This document shows positions 23,672 through 38,424 of a stretch of DNA of 64,000 bases, one piece after another. The position numbers and the translations under genes were made by a program. Source of the stretch: Mustelus asterias. Lineage: Eukaryota. Numbering within the stretch: the first letter of the stretch is position 1; each line of letters begins with the position of its first letter. Location of the stretch: NCBI RefSeq assembly GCF_964213995.1, contig NC_135830.1, positions 930,001 through 994,000 on the forward strand. Direction: 5' to 3'. A model generated the notes under the pieces. That model ran no database searches and was not told the origin of the DNA. It worked only from the letters and a program-made list of their open reading frames with translations.

Positions 23672-24207
23672 AGTTAACCAGTGCAGGCATTGCGCACAGG
23701 GGAACTTCACCATGATATTTAAAATCAGCTGAAGGGTTAGAAGCAAGTTGGTGAACAGCAATACATTAAGAAATTACGAGTACATCATTGATGATTTTTC
23801 ATCTCTGTCTATTCGCCTCCAACTGGATTTGATGTTCAATCCCTTCAGATTTTCCACTTGGTTTTACACTCTTCTTTCCTACATCTTTATTAACTGCGAT
23901 AACATGAAATAACTGATGTCTTCTCAGCATGCTTCCAACAACAACATTGAATCACATGAGCATTTTGTAACTTGGACGTAGTCAGTACTTGCGTCAACCC
24001 TGGACTAGATGCAAATTTGCTTCAAATAGGGAAAACGCTGGTTGCAGGAAATTTCGTTGCAGCACCATCAAGACGGATCGTGGTGGCGTTCAACTTTGGG
24101 TCAAAGATACACGAGAAAACCTGGAAAAGTTCCAAGCAAGTTTATGTGCTGGCATTGACTTCCTCAGCACCGAATTCTGCCTCAGCGTGGTTCTTAATTC
24201 TTGGAAA

Positions 24208-24520
24208 GACAAAACAAAACAAAGAACAAAGAACAATACAGCACAGGAACAGGCCCTTCGGCCCTCCAAGCCCGCGCCGCTCCCTGGTCCAAACTAGACC
24301 ATTCTTTTGTATCCCTCCAATCCCACTCCGTTCATGTGGCTATCCAGATAAGTCTTAAACGTTCCCAGTGTGTCCACCTCCACCACCTTGCCCGGCAGCG
24401 CATTCCAGGCCCCCACCAGCCTCTGTGTAAAATACGTCCTTCTGATATCCGTGTTAACCACCCACCCCCCCCCCGCGTCACCTTGAACCTATGACCCCTG
24501 GTGAACGTCACCACCGACTG
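24208..24520 (-). mobile_element. 5'-truncated CR1 (TTCTTTG-tail subfamily)
   Basis: Near-identical to 9650-9940. Confidence 0.9.
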
Positions 24521-25149
24521 CAGACATACACTCATACTATTTCAAACTTAATTATTAGTACTATTTCATAACTAGTTACAGTGTACAAAAGTATCTGTTG
24601 TGCATCTCCTCCATCCTCCATCTCTCTCTCCCTCTCCATTCATTTCTCTCGTCAAACAGACGATTAGCTTTTCTCAGTGGTGCATCATTAACTTATTCAT
24701 GTACTTACATATTCAATCTTTGAATGCTATATAATCCAGTTCTAACATAGTTGCAAATTAAACCGTAATCGACATATGGCTTAAGCTTAGATGGCTTGCT
24801 GTTAGATATTTGAAAGGACATCAGTGCAGCACGTTGCAAGTTTTTGCAATGGTTGCGTGTGAGTTGAGAATTGCTGGGGAGGCCAGCCAGGCACTCTTTA
24901 TTATTTTTTTGTGAGATGTGGCTGAAGCGAGGCCACCATTCATTATCAATCCTTAGGTACCGTTGAGAAGCAGGTCATGAGGTGCAATCTTGAACCACTG
25001 CAGTCCCAGAGGTGTAGTTACACGATCGTGCCCTTAGAGATGGAATTCCAGGATTTTGACTCAGCAACAGTGAGGAAATGACAATATATTTTCACGTCAA
25101 AATGGTGGGTGACTCGGAGGGGTACCATGTGCTTGTGCTCCCGAGTAAC

Positions 25150-25468
25150 TTGGAAAACCTACAATGCAAAAGGAGGCCATTCGGCCCATCGACCCTGCAC
25201 CGACAACAATCCCATCCTGGCAAGGTCCCCTTAAACCCATGCATTTCACCTCCTAATCTCCCTGCCACCAGGGGGAAATTTAGCATGGCCAATTCACAGG
25301 ACCTGCACATCTTTGAACTGTTGGAGGAAACGGGACACCCAGATGATACGCACACAGACATAGGGAAAATGTGCAAACTCCATACGTACAGTTGCCCAAA
25401 CCAGGAATTGAACACGGTCCCTGGCGCTGTGAGGAAGCAGTGCTAACCACTGTGCCACCGTGCCGCCC
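25150..25468 (-). mobile_element. HE1-like SINE nested in the old LINE
   Basis: ggaggccattcggcccatcga ... gcagtgctaaccactgtgccaccgtgccgccc. Confidence 0.85.
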
Positions 25469-26940
25469 TGCTGTTCATACCCTTTCAGATGGCGTTCGTC
25501 ATGGGTTTGCAAGGTTCTGCCGAATAAACCTGGGTGAGTTTTTGCAGTGCAACCTACAGATGGTACACACCTTTTGCACGATTCGGCAGTGATGGAGGGG
25601 TTCAATGTTTGTGGGTGGGGTGTCAAGCGGGCTGATTCTTCCTGAATAATGTCATTTCATTTACTCTTGTTGGAGCTGCACTCATTCAAGTAACTGGAGA
25701 GTATCCTACTGCAATTCGGACTTGTACATTGTGGATAGTGGACAGGGTTTGGGGATTCAGGATGTGAGATACTCACCTCAGGATTCTTAGCCCTTTACCT
25801 GCTCTATTAGCAACAAATTGTATATGGTTAATCAGTTCAGTTTCTGGTCAATGGTGAGCAAAAGGATGTTGATAGTGGGGAATTCAGCGATGGGAATGGC
25901 ATTGAATACCAAAAGGCAATGTTTCGACCTCTCATGTTGGACATTTTTATTGCCTGCCATCTGAATAGTACGAATATTGCGACTTGTCAGCCCAAGCCTG
26001 GATATTCCCATGCTTTGCGATTTTTGAACATAGATTGCTTCAGTATCTGAGAAGGTACGGATAATATTGAACGTTGTGCAATCATCAGTGAACACCCACT
26101 CTTCGGACCTTATGATGGAAGGAAGGTCATTGATGAAGCAGCTGAAGATAGTTTGGCCTGAGACAATAACCTGAGGAATGCTACGATGATGACCTGGAGC
26201 TGATATAATTGGTTGTCAGTCACTGCAACCATCTTCCTTGGTTCCAGGAAAACTTCAACCAGCAGAGCCCCCTCAATTTCCATTGTCACATCTTTTATTC
26301 GTTCTCCTTGATGCCATACTCTGCCAAATGCTGCCTTGATGCGAAGTGCAGTCAACATCACCTCTCGTCTGGTAATCAGCTGTTTTGTGCATTTTTGAAC
26401 TAAGACTATTTTGGGTATTTTCACAGCAACTTAGTTGCAATGTTAATGTAAGCCTATTTGTGACACTAATGAATAAACTTTAAACTTGAATGATATTAGG
26501 AGCTGAATGATCCCGACAGGACCCAAACTGAGCTTCTGTCAGCAGCTTATTTCTCAGTCAGTGTTCTTGAGAACCACTGTTAATGACCCATTCCATCACT
26601 TTACTGATGATCGACTGTAAACTCATGATCGTTAATTGGCCGGGTTAGATTTCTCCTCTTTATTCTGTACGAGAGGTAACTGACAATTTTCCACATTTCC
26701 ACACAGATGGAAATGCAGCGGTAGAGGAACAGCTCAGCTGGGGACACCGAAACTTCGGAATCTCAAGTCTTTACCACTATTGCTGGAACATTTTGAGGGT
26801 CCACATCCTCTGGTCTCCAGTGCCTTTATTGGTTACTTGATATCGAAATGGCTTAAGAATCAAAATGGCTGAAGACTTACATCTGTGATGCTGGTGACCT
26901 CCCAAGGAGGCCAACATGAATCATGTACTCGGCACATCTG

Positions 26941-27548
26941 TTCATTAACAGGGGGTTTGAGTTTAAGAGCCGTGGGGTTATGCTGCAACTGTACAGTATC
27001 TTGGTGAAACCACATTTGGAATATTGTGTGCAGTTCTGGTCACCTCACTATAAGAAGGATGTGGAGACACTGGAAAGAGTGCAGAGGAGATTTACCAGGA
27101 TGCTGTCTGGTTTGGAGGGTAGGTCTTATGAGGAAAGGTTGAGGGAACTTGGGCTTTTCTCTATGGAGCGAAGGAGGTTGAGAGGAGACTTGATAGAGGT
27201 TTATAAGATGATGAGGGGATAGATAGAGTGAACGTTCAAAGACTATTTCCTCGGGTGAATGGAGTGGTAACTAGGGGGCATAACTATAGTGTTCATGGTG
27301 GGAGATATAGGAAGGATGTCCGAGGTAGGTTTTTTACTCAGAGAGTGGTTGGGGTGTGGAATAGACTGCCTGCAGGGATAGTGGAGTTAGAAACTTTAGG
27401 AACATTTAAGAAGCTATTGGACAGGCACATTGAGTACTTCGGGATGATAGGGAGGAAATACTTGATCTGGGTTTCAGACAAAGCTCGGCACAACATCGTG
27501 GGCCGGAGGGCCTGTTCTGTGCTGCACTGTTCTATGTTCTCTGTTCTA
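26941..27548 (+). mobile_element. 5'-truncated CR1 nested in the old LINE
   Basis: [20 protein letters not shown]; ttctatgttc tail; same subfamily as 30535-34800. Confidence 0.9.
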
Positions 27549-27704
27549 TCTGGCTGAAGATTGTTGCAAGCGCTTTAGCTTTATCTTTCGCAAGTGCTGG
27601 TCTGCTCCATCATTGTGGATGCGGCAATTAGTGAAGCGTCCGCCTCCAGTGAGTTGTTTAATTGTCTACCAGCATTCACAGCTGCATGTGGCAACTGCAG
27701 TGCT

Positions 27705-29720
27705 TAGAACATAGAACATTAGAGCGCAGTACAGGCCCTTCGGCCCTCGATGTTGCGCCGACCAGTGAAACCAATCTAAAGCCCCTCTAATCTACACTAT
27801 TCCAATATTATCCATATGTTTATCCAATAACCATTTGAATGCTCTCAATGTTGACGAGTCCACTATTGCTGCAGGCAGGGCATTCCACGCCCTTACTACT
27901 CTCTGAGTTAAGAACCTACCTCTCACATCTGTCCGATATCTCTCACCCCTCAATTTAAAGCTATGTCCCCTCGTGTTAGCCATCATCATCCGAGGAAAAA
28001 GGCTCTCACTATCAACCCTATCTAATCCTCTAATCATCTTGTATGCCTCCATTAAATCATCTCTTAACCTTCTTCTCTCTAACGAAAACAACCTCAAGCC
28101 CCTCAGCCTTTTCTCATACGATTTTCCCACCATACCAGGCAACATCCTGGTAAATCTCCTCTGCACCCTTTCCAACACTTCCACATCTTTCCTATAATGC
28201 AGCGACCAGAACTGTACGCAATACTCCAAGTGCGGCCAGAGTTTTGTACAGTTGCAGCATGACCTCCTGGCTCCGAAACTCAATCCCTCCACCAATAAAA
28301 GCTGACACACGGTATGCCTTCTTAACAGCCCTATCAACCTGGGTGCCAACTTTCAGGGATCTGTGCACATGGACACCCAGATCCCTCTGTTCATCCACAC
28401 TACCAAGTATCTTACCATTAGCCCAGTACTCTGTATTCCTCTTACTCCTTCCAAAGTGAATCACCTCACACTTTTCCGCATTAAACTCCATTTGCCACCT
28501 CTCAGCCCAGCTCTGCAGTTTATTTATGTCCCTCTGTAACCTGCCACTTCCCTCCACACTGTCTACAACTCCACCGACTTTAGTGTCATCCATCCTTCTA
28601 CGCCCTCATCCAGATCATTAATAAAAATAACAAACAGCAGTGGCCCCAAAACAGATCCTTGCGGCACACCACTAGTAACTGAACTCCAGAATGAATATTT
28701 CCCATCAACCACCACCCTCTGTTTTCCTACAGCTAGCCAATTCCTGCTCCAAACTACTAAATCACCCTCAATCCCATGTGTCCGTATTTTCTGCAAAAGC
28801 TTACCATGAGGAACCTGATCAAACGCTTTGCTGAAATCCATATACACCACATCAACCGCTTTACCCTCATCCACCTCTTTGGTCACCTTCTCAAATAATT
28901 CAATAAGGTTTGTGAGGCACGACCTACCCTTCACAAAACCGTGCTGACTATCCCTAATCAAATTATTCCTTTCCAGGTGATTATAAATCCTATCTCTGAT
29001 AATCCTTTCCAAAACTTTGCCCACAACAGAAGTAAGGCTCACCGGTCTATAATTATCAGGGTTGTCCCTACTCCCCTTCTTGAACAAGGGGACAACATTT
29101 GCTGTCCTCCAGTCTTCTGGCACTGTTCCTGCCGACAATGACGACACAAAGATCAAAGCCAAAGGCTCTGCAATCTCCTCTCGATCCTCCCAGAGAATCC
29201 GAGGATAAATCTCATCCAGCACAGAGGACTTATCTATTTTTACCCTTTCCAGATTTCCTAACACCTCCTCCTTATGAACCTTAATCCCATCCAGTCCAAC
29301 CGCCTGCATCTCAGTATTCCCCTCGACAACACTGTCCCTCTCCTGTGTGAATACCGAAGAAAAATATTCATTTAGTGCCTCTCCTATCTCTTCAGACTCC
29401 ACGCACAACTTCCCAATACTGTCCTTGACTGGCCCTAATCTTACCCGAGTCATTCTTTTACTCCTGACATACCTATAGAAAGCTTTAGGATTTTCCTTGA
29501 TCCGACCTGCCGAAGACTTCTCATGTCCCCTCCTGGCTCTTCTTAACTCTTTCTTTAGGTCCTTCCTGGCTAACTTGTGACTCTCAAGTGCCCTAACTGA
29601 GCCTTCACGTCTCATCTTTACATAAGTCTCCTTCTTCCTCTTCACAAGAGATTCAACCTCCTTAGTAAACCACGGTTGCCTCACACGACTGCTTCCTCCC
29701 TGCCTGACAGATACGTACAG
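27705..29720 (-). mobile_element. 5'-truncated CR1 with frameshifted ORF2
   Basis: Three overlapping ORF pieces (28563-29765, 28192-28593, 27792-28349) carrying RT motifs; agaacatagaac tail. Confidence 0.9.
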
Positions 29721-30534
29721 TCTGTTTTTTGGAAATTTCGTGCAAGACCTGTCGGCATCATCCACAAACTCTAACTTTCTAACTCACAAAGAGGTGCGAG
29801 TGCCTCCTCGAAGACAATGTCCAGCTCACCTTCTCCTTCTGTGATGCTCCACAATTGCACTGTCACAGATTCCTGCTTGTTTTGGTACATCTTAGAAAAA
29901 ATTGTTGTACTCGAATTGTTTTTATCACTTCAAATGAAATAACAGACTTGAGTTGCGAACAATCCTCTTCATGAGTTTAACCTGTTTGTGCAATGAGGAA
30001 CGTGCAACAGTATCCAACGGAACTGCAGCAAAGTTGTTCAACCAGCAGATAGCTGGATTTCTGGCAGAACAAGGCTTTCCACAGATTCCAGCGTACTTCC
30101 GTCACGGTACACCACTGTCACTGCATTGTCTGGCTAACATAATAATCAATTAGTAATTAAATTCTCCAGCTAAACTAATAGCAATCTAACATCCTATATT
30201 TTTCAGCCAAAAGAACAACACCAACCAGCTGCAAGAGGCTCCGTAATTATACAGAAAAAAACATTGGTTCTTGTTCCTCAGCCTCGAGTTCCCCCTTGCA
30301 CTAAATTCTCACACTGGTTCTTCCTTGCAGGGCAACTCTGAAGCTGTTGGCTCAATCCTGTGCTTCTGTAGAGAGCAGATGAATAACTCAAAAGTCGCAA
30401 CTGCCAATTTTGCTTTCAGCAATAGTAAATAAGACACATTGAGGCAGCTTTTGAATGTGACAGAGACTTTAAAGTCAAATAAACTTCTGAACTAGAACAC
30501 AGTTTTGAAGATTCCGGAGAGTGAATGGTAATCT

Positions 30535-33500
30535 AAAACATATAGAACATAGAACAGTACAGCACAGAACAGGCCCTTCGGCCCACGATGTTGTGCCGAG
30601 CTTTATCTGAAACCAAGATCAAGCTATCCCACTCCCTATCATCCTGGTGTGCTCCATGTGCCTATCCAATAAGCGCTTAAATGTTCCTAAAGTGTCTGAC
30701 TCCACTATCACTGCAGGCAGTCCATTCCACACCCCAACCACTCTGAGTAAAGAACCTACCTCTGATATCCTTCCTATATCTCCCACCACGAACCCAATAG
30801 TTATGCCCCCTTGTAATAGCTCCATCCACCCGAGGAAATAGTCTTTGAACGTTCACTCTATCTATCCCCTTCGTCATTTTATAAACCTCTATTAAGTCTC
30901 CCCTCAGCCTCCTCCGCTCCAGAGAGAACAGCCCTAGCTCCCTCAACCTTTCCTCATAAGACCTACCCTCCAAACCAGGCAGCATCCTGGTAAATCTCCT
31001 TTGCACTCTTTCCAGCGCTTCCACATCCTTCTTATAGTGAGGTGACAAGAACTGCACACAATATTCCAAATGTGGTCTCACCAAGGTCCTGTACAGTTGC
31101 AGCATAATCCCACGGCTCTTAAATTCCAACCCCCTGTTAATAAAAGCTAACACACTATAGGCCTTCTTCACAGCTCTATCCACTTGAGTGGCAACCTTTA
31201 GAGATCTGTGGATATGGACCCCAAGATCTCTCTGTTCCTCCACAGTCTTCAGAACCCTATCTTTGACCCTGTAATCCACATTTACATTAGTCCTACCAAA
31301 ATGAATCACCTCACATTCATCAGGCTTAAACTCCATTTGCCATTTTTCAGCCCAGCTTTGCATCCTATCTATGTCTCTTTGCAGCCTACAACAGCCCTCC
31401 ACCTCATCCACTACTCCACCAATCTTGGTGTCATCAGCAAATTTACTGATCCACCCTTCAGCCCCCTCCTCTAAGTCATTAGTAAAAATCACAAAGAGCA
31501 GAGGACCAAGCACTGATCCCTGCGGCACTCCGCTAGCAACCTGCCTCCAATCCGAAAATTTTCCATCGAGCACCACCCTCTGTCTTCGATCAGACAGCCA
31601 GTTACCTGTCCAATCGGCCAACTTTCCCTCTATCCCACACCTCCTCACTTTCATCATAAGCCGTCCATGGGGGACCTTATCAAATGCCTTCCTAAAATCC
31701 ATGTATATGACATCAACTGCCCTACCTTCATCAACACACTTAGTTACCTCCTCAAAAAATTCTATCAAATGTGTGAGGCACGACTTGCCCTTCACGAATC
31801 CGTGCTGCCTACCCCAGATTAATCCGCATCTTTCTAAATGGTCGTAAATCCCATCTCTAAGGACCTTTTCCATCAATTTACCAACCACCAAAGTAAGACT
31901 AACCGGTCTATAATTACCAGGGTCATTTCTATTCCCTTTCTTAAACAGAGGAACAACATTCGCCATTCTCCAGTCCTCTGGCACCATCCCCGTGGACAGC
32001 GAGGACCCAAAGATCAAAGCCAAAGGCTCTGCAATCTCATCCCTTGCCTCCCAAAGAATCCTAGGATACATTTCATCAGGCCCAGGGGACTTATCGACCT
32101 TCAGTTTATTCCAAACTGCCAGGACATCCTCCCTCCGAACATCTATTTCCTCCAGCCTATTAGCCTGTAACACCATCTCTTCCTCAAAAATATGGCCCCT
32201 CTCCTTGGTGAACACTGAAGAAAAGTATTTATTCATCACCTCGCCTATCTCTACTGACTCCATACACAAGTTCCCACTACTGTCCTTGACCGGCCCTAAC
32301 ATCACCCTGGTCATTCTTTTATTCCTCACATAAGAGTAAAGAGCCTTGGGGTTTTCCTTGATCCGACCTGCCAAGGACTTCTCATGTCCCCTCCTAGCTC
32401 TCCTAAGCCCCTTTTTCAGCTCATTCCTTGCTAACTTGTAACCCTCAATCGAGCCATCTGAACCTTGTTTCCTCATCCCTACATCAGCCTCCCTCTTACT
32501 TTTCACAAGACATTCCACCTCTTTCGTGAACCATGGTTCCCTCACTCGGCCATTTCCTCCCTGCCTGACAGGGTCATACCTATCAAGGACATCCAGTCTT
32601 TGTTCCTTGAAAAAGTTCCACTTTTCATCAGTTCCTTTCTCTGACAGTTTCTGTTCCCAACTTATGCCCCCTAATTCTTGCCTAATCGCATCATAATTAC
32701 CTCTCCCCCAATTGTAAACCTTGCCGTGCCGTACGGCCCTATCCCTCTCCATTGCAATAACAAAAGACACCGAATTGTGGTCACTATCTCCAAAGTGCTC
32801 TCCCACAACCAAATCTAACAGTTGGCCCGGTTCATTTCCCAGTACCAAATCCAAAGTGGCCTCACCTCTTGTCGGCCTATCCACATATTGTGTCAGGAAA
32901 CCCTCCTGCACACACTGCACAAAAACTGCCCCATCCGAACTATTTGACCTACAAAGGTTCCATTCAATATTTGGAAAGTTAAAGTCCCCCATGACAACTA
33001 CCCTGTGACCCCCACACATATCCATAATCTGCTTAGCAATTTCTTCCTCCACATCTCTATTACTATTTGGGGGCCTCTTGTAAACTCCTAACAACGTGTC
33101 CGCTCCTTTCCTATTTCTAACCTCAGCCCATATTACCTCAGTGTGCAGATCCCCCTCGAAGTGCCTTTCCGCAGCCGTTAAACTATCCTTCATTAACAAT
33201 GCCACTCCTCCACCTCTTTTACCAGCTTCCCTGCACTTAGTGAAGCATTTATACCCCGGAATGTCCAACAACCATTCCTGTCCTTGTTCTACCCACGTCT
33301 CCGTAATGGCCACAACATCGTAGTCCCAAGTACCAATCCACGCCCCAAGTTCATCTACCTTGTTCCGGATGCTCCTTGCATTGAAGTAGACACACTTCAA
33401 CCCACCTTCCTGTCTACCGGTACCCACCCTTGACCCTGATACCTTCCCCAATACCTCACCACCCTCACTGACTTCTGGACTACAACTCCTTTTCCCACTC

Positions 33501-34800
33501 CCCTGACAAATTAGTTTAAACCCCCCTGAAGAGCCGTAACAAATTTCCCTCCTAGGATATTGGTGCCCCTCTGGTTCAGGTGCACCCCGTCCTGTTTGTA
33601 CAGGTCCCACCTCCCCCAGAATGTGTTCCAATTATCCCCGTATCTGAAGCCCTCCCTCCTACATCATCCCTGCAACCACATGTTTGACTGCACTCTCTCC
33701 CTGTTCCTCAACTCGCTATCACGTGGCACCGGCAACGTACCAGAGATGACCACATGTTTTGTCTTGGCTCTCAGCTTCCAGCCCAGCTCCAGGAATTCCT
33801 GTTTTAAATCCCCGTCCCTTCTCTTACCTATGTCATTGGTACCAATGTGTACCATGACTTGTGACTGTTTCCCCTCCCCCTTCAGAGTCCGGAAAACACG
33901 GTCTGAGACGTCACGGACCTTGGCATCCGGTAGGCAACATACCATCCGTGAGTCTCTTTTGCTGCCACAGAACCTCCTATCTATCCCTCTAACTAACGAG
34001 TCCCCAATAACTCTTGCCCTCCAGCTCTGCCCCTTACCCTCCCGAGCCACAGAGACGACACAGTGCTGGAGATCCTCTCACTGCGGCTCACCACTGGTAT
34101 GTTATCCCCCTCAACCGTATCCAAAGCGGAATACTTGTTGCTAAGGTGAACGACCACCGGGGATCCCTGCACGGACTGCTTCCTCCCAGCCCCTCTCACC
34201 GTCACCCATCTGTTTTCATTCCTCGGAGTAACTGTATTCCTAAAGCTTCTGTCTATGGCCACCTCTGCGTCCCTAATGATCCTAAGTTCATCCAACTCCA
34301 GCTCTAGTTCCCTAACACGGTTTTGGAGGAGCTGCAGATGGGTGCACTTCCCACAGATGGGACACTGTCGTCGTCCCTCACCTCAAACATAGTGCAAGAG
34401 GAACATAGCCCTGCACACCCATCCCCTCTAGCTACCTTGCCAGTACCAGGTAGAAACAGCAAAAATGAATTAAACTCACCCCTGCTCGCCCTTTCTGCCT
34501 AAGCCCTGTGAGCCAAAGCCTTATAGCTCACACTCTGCTTCCCACGCACTCCACTGCCCGCTCCCGACGCTGCCCGCTGTATACTGCAGCCTCCCTTTTA
34601 TACTTCACGCGCTTAAAAAAACCCTTCCCAGACTCCTTAGCAGCCCACTTCCAGTTTTCACTTTAAACTTAAAATACTGCTGCAAAAGTAAAGGCCAAAA
34701 TAAAACACACACTAGCTGACTAATGAAATAAATACACAATTCAATTAATCTCTCACCAGCACTGCTGCCTCCAATCACTCCCTCTCAGCTTGCTCCAATG
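30535..34800 (-). mobile_element. Full-length CR1 LINE with frameshifts (second subfamily)
   Basis: ORF2 open from YFNARS through the RT (track ORF 30677-33631) but frameshifted near the C-terminus (RFFTQ|SGWG). ORF1 is split across frames (33516-34430: VIGDS, HIGTND, DELRIIRDAE). (TTCTATG)n tail at ~30535-30555. Confidence 0.9.
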
Positions 34801-34997
34801 GAACAATATCTTGAAAAACAGACTTAACAGAGAAAATGCTGGTATGACACTTACCATCATGGGAATAATTTTGAATAGATCGAGCTGCTAAACAACTGGG
34901 CAGCCATCAGGGGTGTTGGAAAACTGAAAATGTTTTGGGCCTTGACAATACTAAACCAATCAATTTCCTGTTCTGGAAGGTGTGGACAATAGGGGCC

Positions 34998-35315
34998 ACG
35001 GCGGCATGGCGTCACAGTGGTTAGCCCTGCTGCCTCACAGCGCCAGGGACCCAGGTTCAATGCGGCCTCGATTCACTGTCTGTGTGGAGTTTGCACTTTC
35101 TCTCCATGTCTGTGTGGGTTTCCTCTGGGTGCTCTGGTTTCCTTCACAGCCCAAAGATGTGCAGGTTAGGTTGATCAGCTCTGCTCTTTTGACCCTAGTG
35201 TCAGGGGGATTAGCAGTGAAACTGAGGGTCACTGGAATAGGGCCTGGGTGGGATTGTGGTTGGTACAGACTCGATGGACAGAATGACCTCTTTCCGTGCT
35301 GTAGGGATTATATGA
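34998..35315 (+). mobile_element. HE1-like SINE
   Basis: cacagtggttagccctgctgcctcacagcgccagggacccaggttcaa head; conserved core and tail. Confidence 0.85.
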
Positions 35316-35599
35316 TAAAATTATATCCTGGTTTGAATTGATGAATGGCAAGTAATATTCGTTCCATACAAGTGTCAGCCAATAGCCATTTCCAACATCT
35401 CCAGACCTGCTGGTTAGTCGCATTTATCATGCTAAAATTTCCCTCAGTGGACGCCAGCTGACGCCAGAGTGTGCAGACTCGGGGATTTTCACAGTAACTT
35501 CATTGCAGTGTTAACGTAAGGCTACTTGTGACAATAAATACATAAACGTGTTTACTTTAAAAATTAGTTAAACAATAGAAAATGAAATCATCTCCACCC

Positions 35600-36190
35600 A
35601 CCATTTTATGGCCTAAAAATCGCTAATACCCACCATCAACATTATGGGGATTACTACTGGTGAGAGACTGAACTGGGCCAGCCAATTGGATCTTGTCAGA
35701 AAGAGCATGTCACAGGCTGTGCACTGTGCTGTGAGCAAATCAGCTGAGGACTCCCCATCATCGACAAGTGCAGCCCAGGAGTGTGATGGAATACTGATCA
35801 ATTACCTGTGTGAATGCAGCTCCAACAATATTCAATAAACCCAACATCATCCAGCAAAATGGTGGCCGCTGGATTGGCACTCTCTCCACCACTTTATTCA
35901 TTCACTCCCTCAATCAGCAGTATGCACCACGACAAGATGCACACTGCAACAACACACCAGGTTCACTAAGACATCTATGACCGCAACCGACACATTTCTG
36001 TCCAGCAAATAATTTGCCTTTCATTCGTTGCTGCTGGACAAAACTCTTCTTGTGGCCTTCCGAATATCAGTGAGGTTATGCCTGAACCACACGGACCACA
36101 GCGGTTCATTGAACTGGACCGCCACCACCGTTAAAGGCTATTTAGACATGGTCAATAAATGATGTTCTACGTAGCGACGACCCGTGAACA
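35600..36190 (+). mobile_element. Old LINE 3' fragment (family related to 24900-26900, 50560-50880 and 56200-56560)
   Basis: cccaccatcaacatt, gaactgggccag, gtgtgatggaatact, ctcaccaccacc-like 3' region. Confidence 0.55.
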
Positions 36191-38424
36191 AATTAATGTT
36201 TCCCAACTGCACTGATATTCGAACTTCATTCCCATTCCTGTTCCAAAATGGCGTACTCGCCTCACGTTGTGCTCCTGCAAAACATACTTTATAATTTGAA
36301 ATCTACCGAACTACAAAAATGCACAGGCTATGTTCATTGGCCATGCCAAAATACCCCTTAGTGTCAGGGGCATTAGCAGGCTAAATACGTGGGATTACGG
36401 TGTTAAGGCTTGGGTGGGATTGTTGTCGCTGCATGCTCGATGGTTCGGTGTCCTTAATTTGCACCGTAAGGCTTATATGAAGTGCAAGCTGGACTATAGT
36501 AAATCAGATTGTTAATTTATCAAAATAATTATCAGAGCGGAGCTCGTAAGTGTTGATATTGAAGTCATGGAGTGTCTTTTAATAACTATTATACTTCCGA
36601 ATAGATAGATGTGTTCAACGTTCCAGGTTATTACCAACGATCACGCAACATGTCCGAGTCTATGCTGTGCTGGTCCATTAAATGGCCCGTGCAAATAAAT
36701 GGGGCTTACAAAGCTAGTTGCTGACTTAAACTTTATGTGTTCGTGCTTTATTTGTTTTTCATGTTTCAGCATTTACAATGTGTATGCATGAGATTCACTG
36801 AGTTAATCATCGAAGCACGATGTTTACCAGAAAAGCATATGTTAGATATACACTGGTACATTCAATGGAAAGTAACACAGAATCTCAGTCCGAAACACAT
36901 ACTTTATTACATTTTACATCTTTTACATTTCGAGAGTCTAGAAATTGCGACTACACAAGAATACTGCATCAAAATTTGAAACAACAATTAGCACAAAATC
37001 TATTGAAGAGAATATGCAACACCCACACGTCCACCAATTGGGCAAAAATTTATAATATTTCTGTCATTTCACTGAGACAAGTCAGTGCAAATATTAAATT
37101 TCAGGTAAAATCAACAAACGATATTAGGCACAAAGTTAAGGTACATGTCACACATTGTCTAATATAAAGGCCAATTATTGTGCAGAATGCACAAAATTCG
37201 CATTGCAAACACAAAATATTCCTTATTTATAACGTTCATTCATTTTACATAACAATTGCTAAGAACATGAAAAGTTAGGATTTGTGCCTAAAATTATATA
37301 TAGAGGAGAATCTATCTTCTCGCTTTGGGCAATTATGCTTTACAGGATATGCTGCAGGTTCTACCTCATATTATTGTGAACAGTTACTCTTAAAATGCGT
37401 TATAATTGTGCTCATACTCAGAGAAATGAGCGTGGAAGCTCTCTTGATCATAAAATAGCAAGGTTCCTGAAGAATTCGGAAGCATGCTTTGAATCAAGAA
37501 TCAGCATTTAAATTGCTGTTCCTTGAGAAATATGAGTAGCTAGTCAGTGGGCATTTCAGCGTTTCGATTCCATTTGGTGTCTGCAAGTGTGGAGTATTGT
37601 CAGTATGTCGGAAACAATTGTGTATCCTAAGCATGTGCCCATGGTAAGCTATGGTGCAATCTTGTGCTCTTCTGGGTTCTGCATGTGAGCTATGTACACA
37701 CAATTCTTGAAAATGTCTCACTCTCCAATTCAAACATGCTACACTCAGCTATGATATGTTAACAATTGTGAGAAAAATGTCAAACAAAGACAATATTTCC
37801 TTACACAACTGGATTGTAAAGTAGGGTTGTACAAGAGAAATACGTCTTCCTCTTGAGAAACCTGTCTCCAATCTGCTCAACGAATGTCATTTGTTGATTA
37901 CTCCAGTGTGTTTTATTCATAGAGAATGCTTCGACCTTCTGTTGCACCTGACGAGCATAAACTCATCCAAGATCAAGGACAAGTTCTACAACAACAGCGG
38001 TTTGTCGATGTGATCGGGACGTGGTAAGGACATTTATAGTTTCACATCTTTCAATTTAATTCGACAGGAAATGTTCAACACATAAAGGAGCTAAGCAAGG
38101 CAGCTTCTATTTCAAAAGCACAATCAACTTAGCGCATAATTCAGTGACGTATTTACAGGTAATTTGAATTGGCTTCATGGGATTTTCCTGAAACACTGCT
38201 TTGTTGAACCAATAATGCTTAACCAAACATTGTGAGCCAATTAAAGGAAATGAAGCAAAAGTTGACATGGATTGCATGAGAATAGATAGGAACAAATGAT
38301 GAGAGGTCACTGTGGAGCAGCAGTACTTCTGATAGGGTGAGGCAATTCGAAACAAGCAGGGTTCGGAATTAGACAGAAATTCCCTTTGAATATGTGCCAG
38401 AAGTCTCTTCAAGCCAAGCAGCCG

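Larger units (their letters stand above)
24900..30300 (-). mobile_element. Old, heavily decayed LINE hosting nested younger insertions
   Basis: Remnant RT motifs IKAAFGRVWHQG (26110-26424) and MFTDDCT (25832-26095). Continues after the 26941-27548 insert (possible TSD atctg). An ORF1-like Cys-rich remnant at ~29950-30140 may belong to it. Confidence 0.55.

Noticed and set aside
30677-33631. 984-aa ORF as an intact ORF2 or ORF1-ORF2 fusion
   Set aside because: The N-terminal ~75 aa is out-of-frame ORF1 and spacer sequence, and the C-terminus is frameshifted; it is a damaged CR1 copy.
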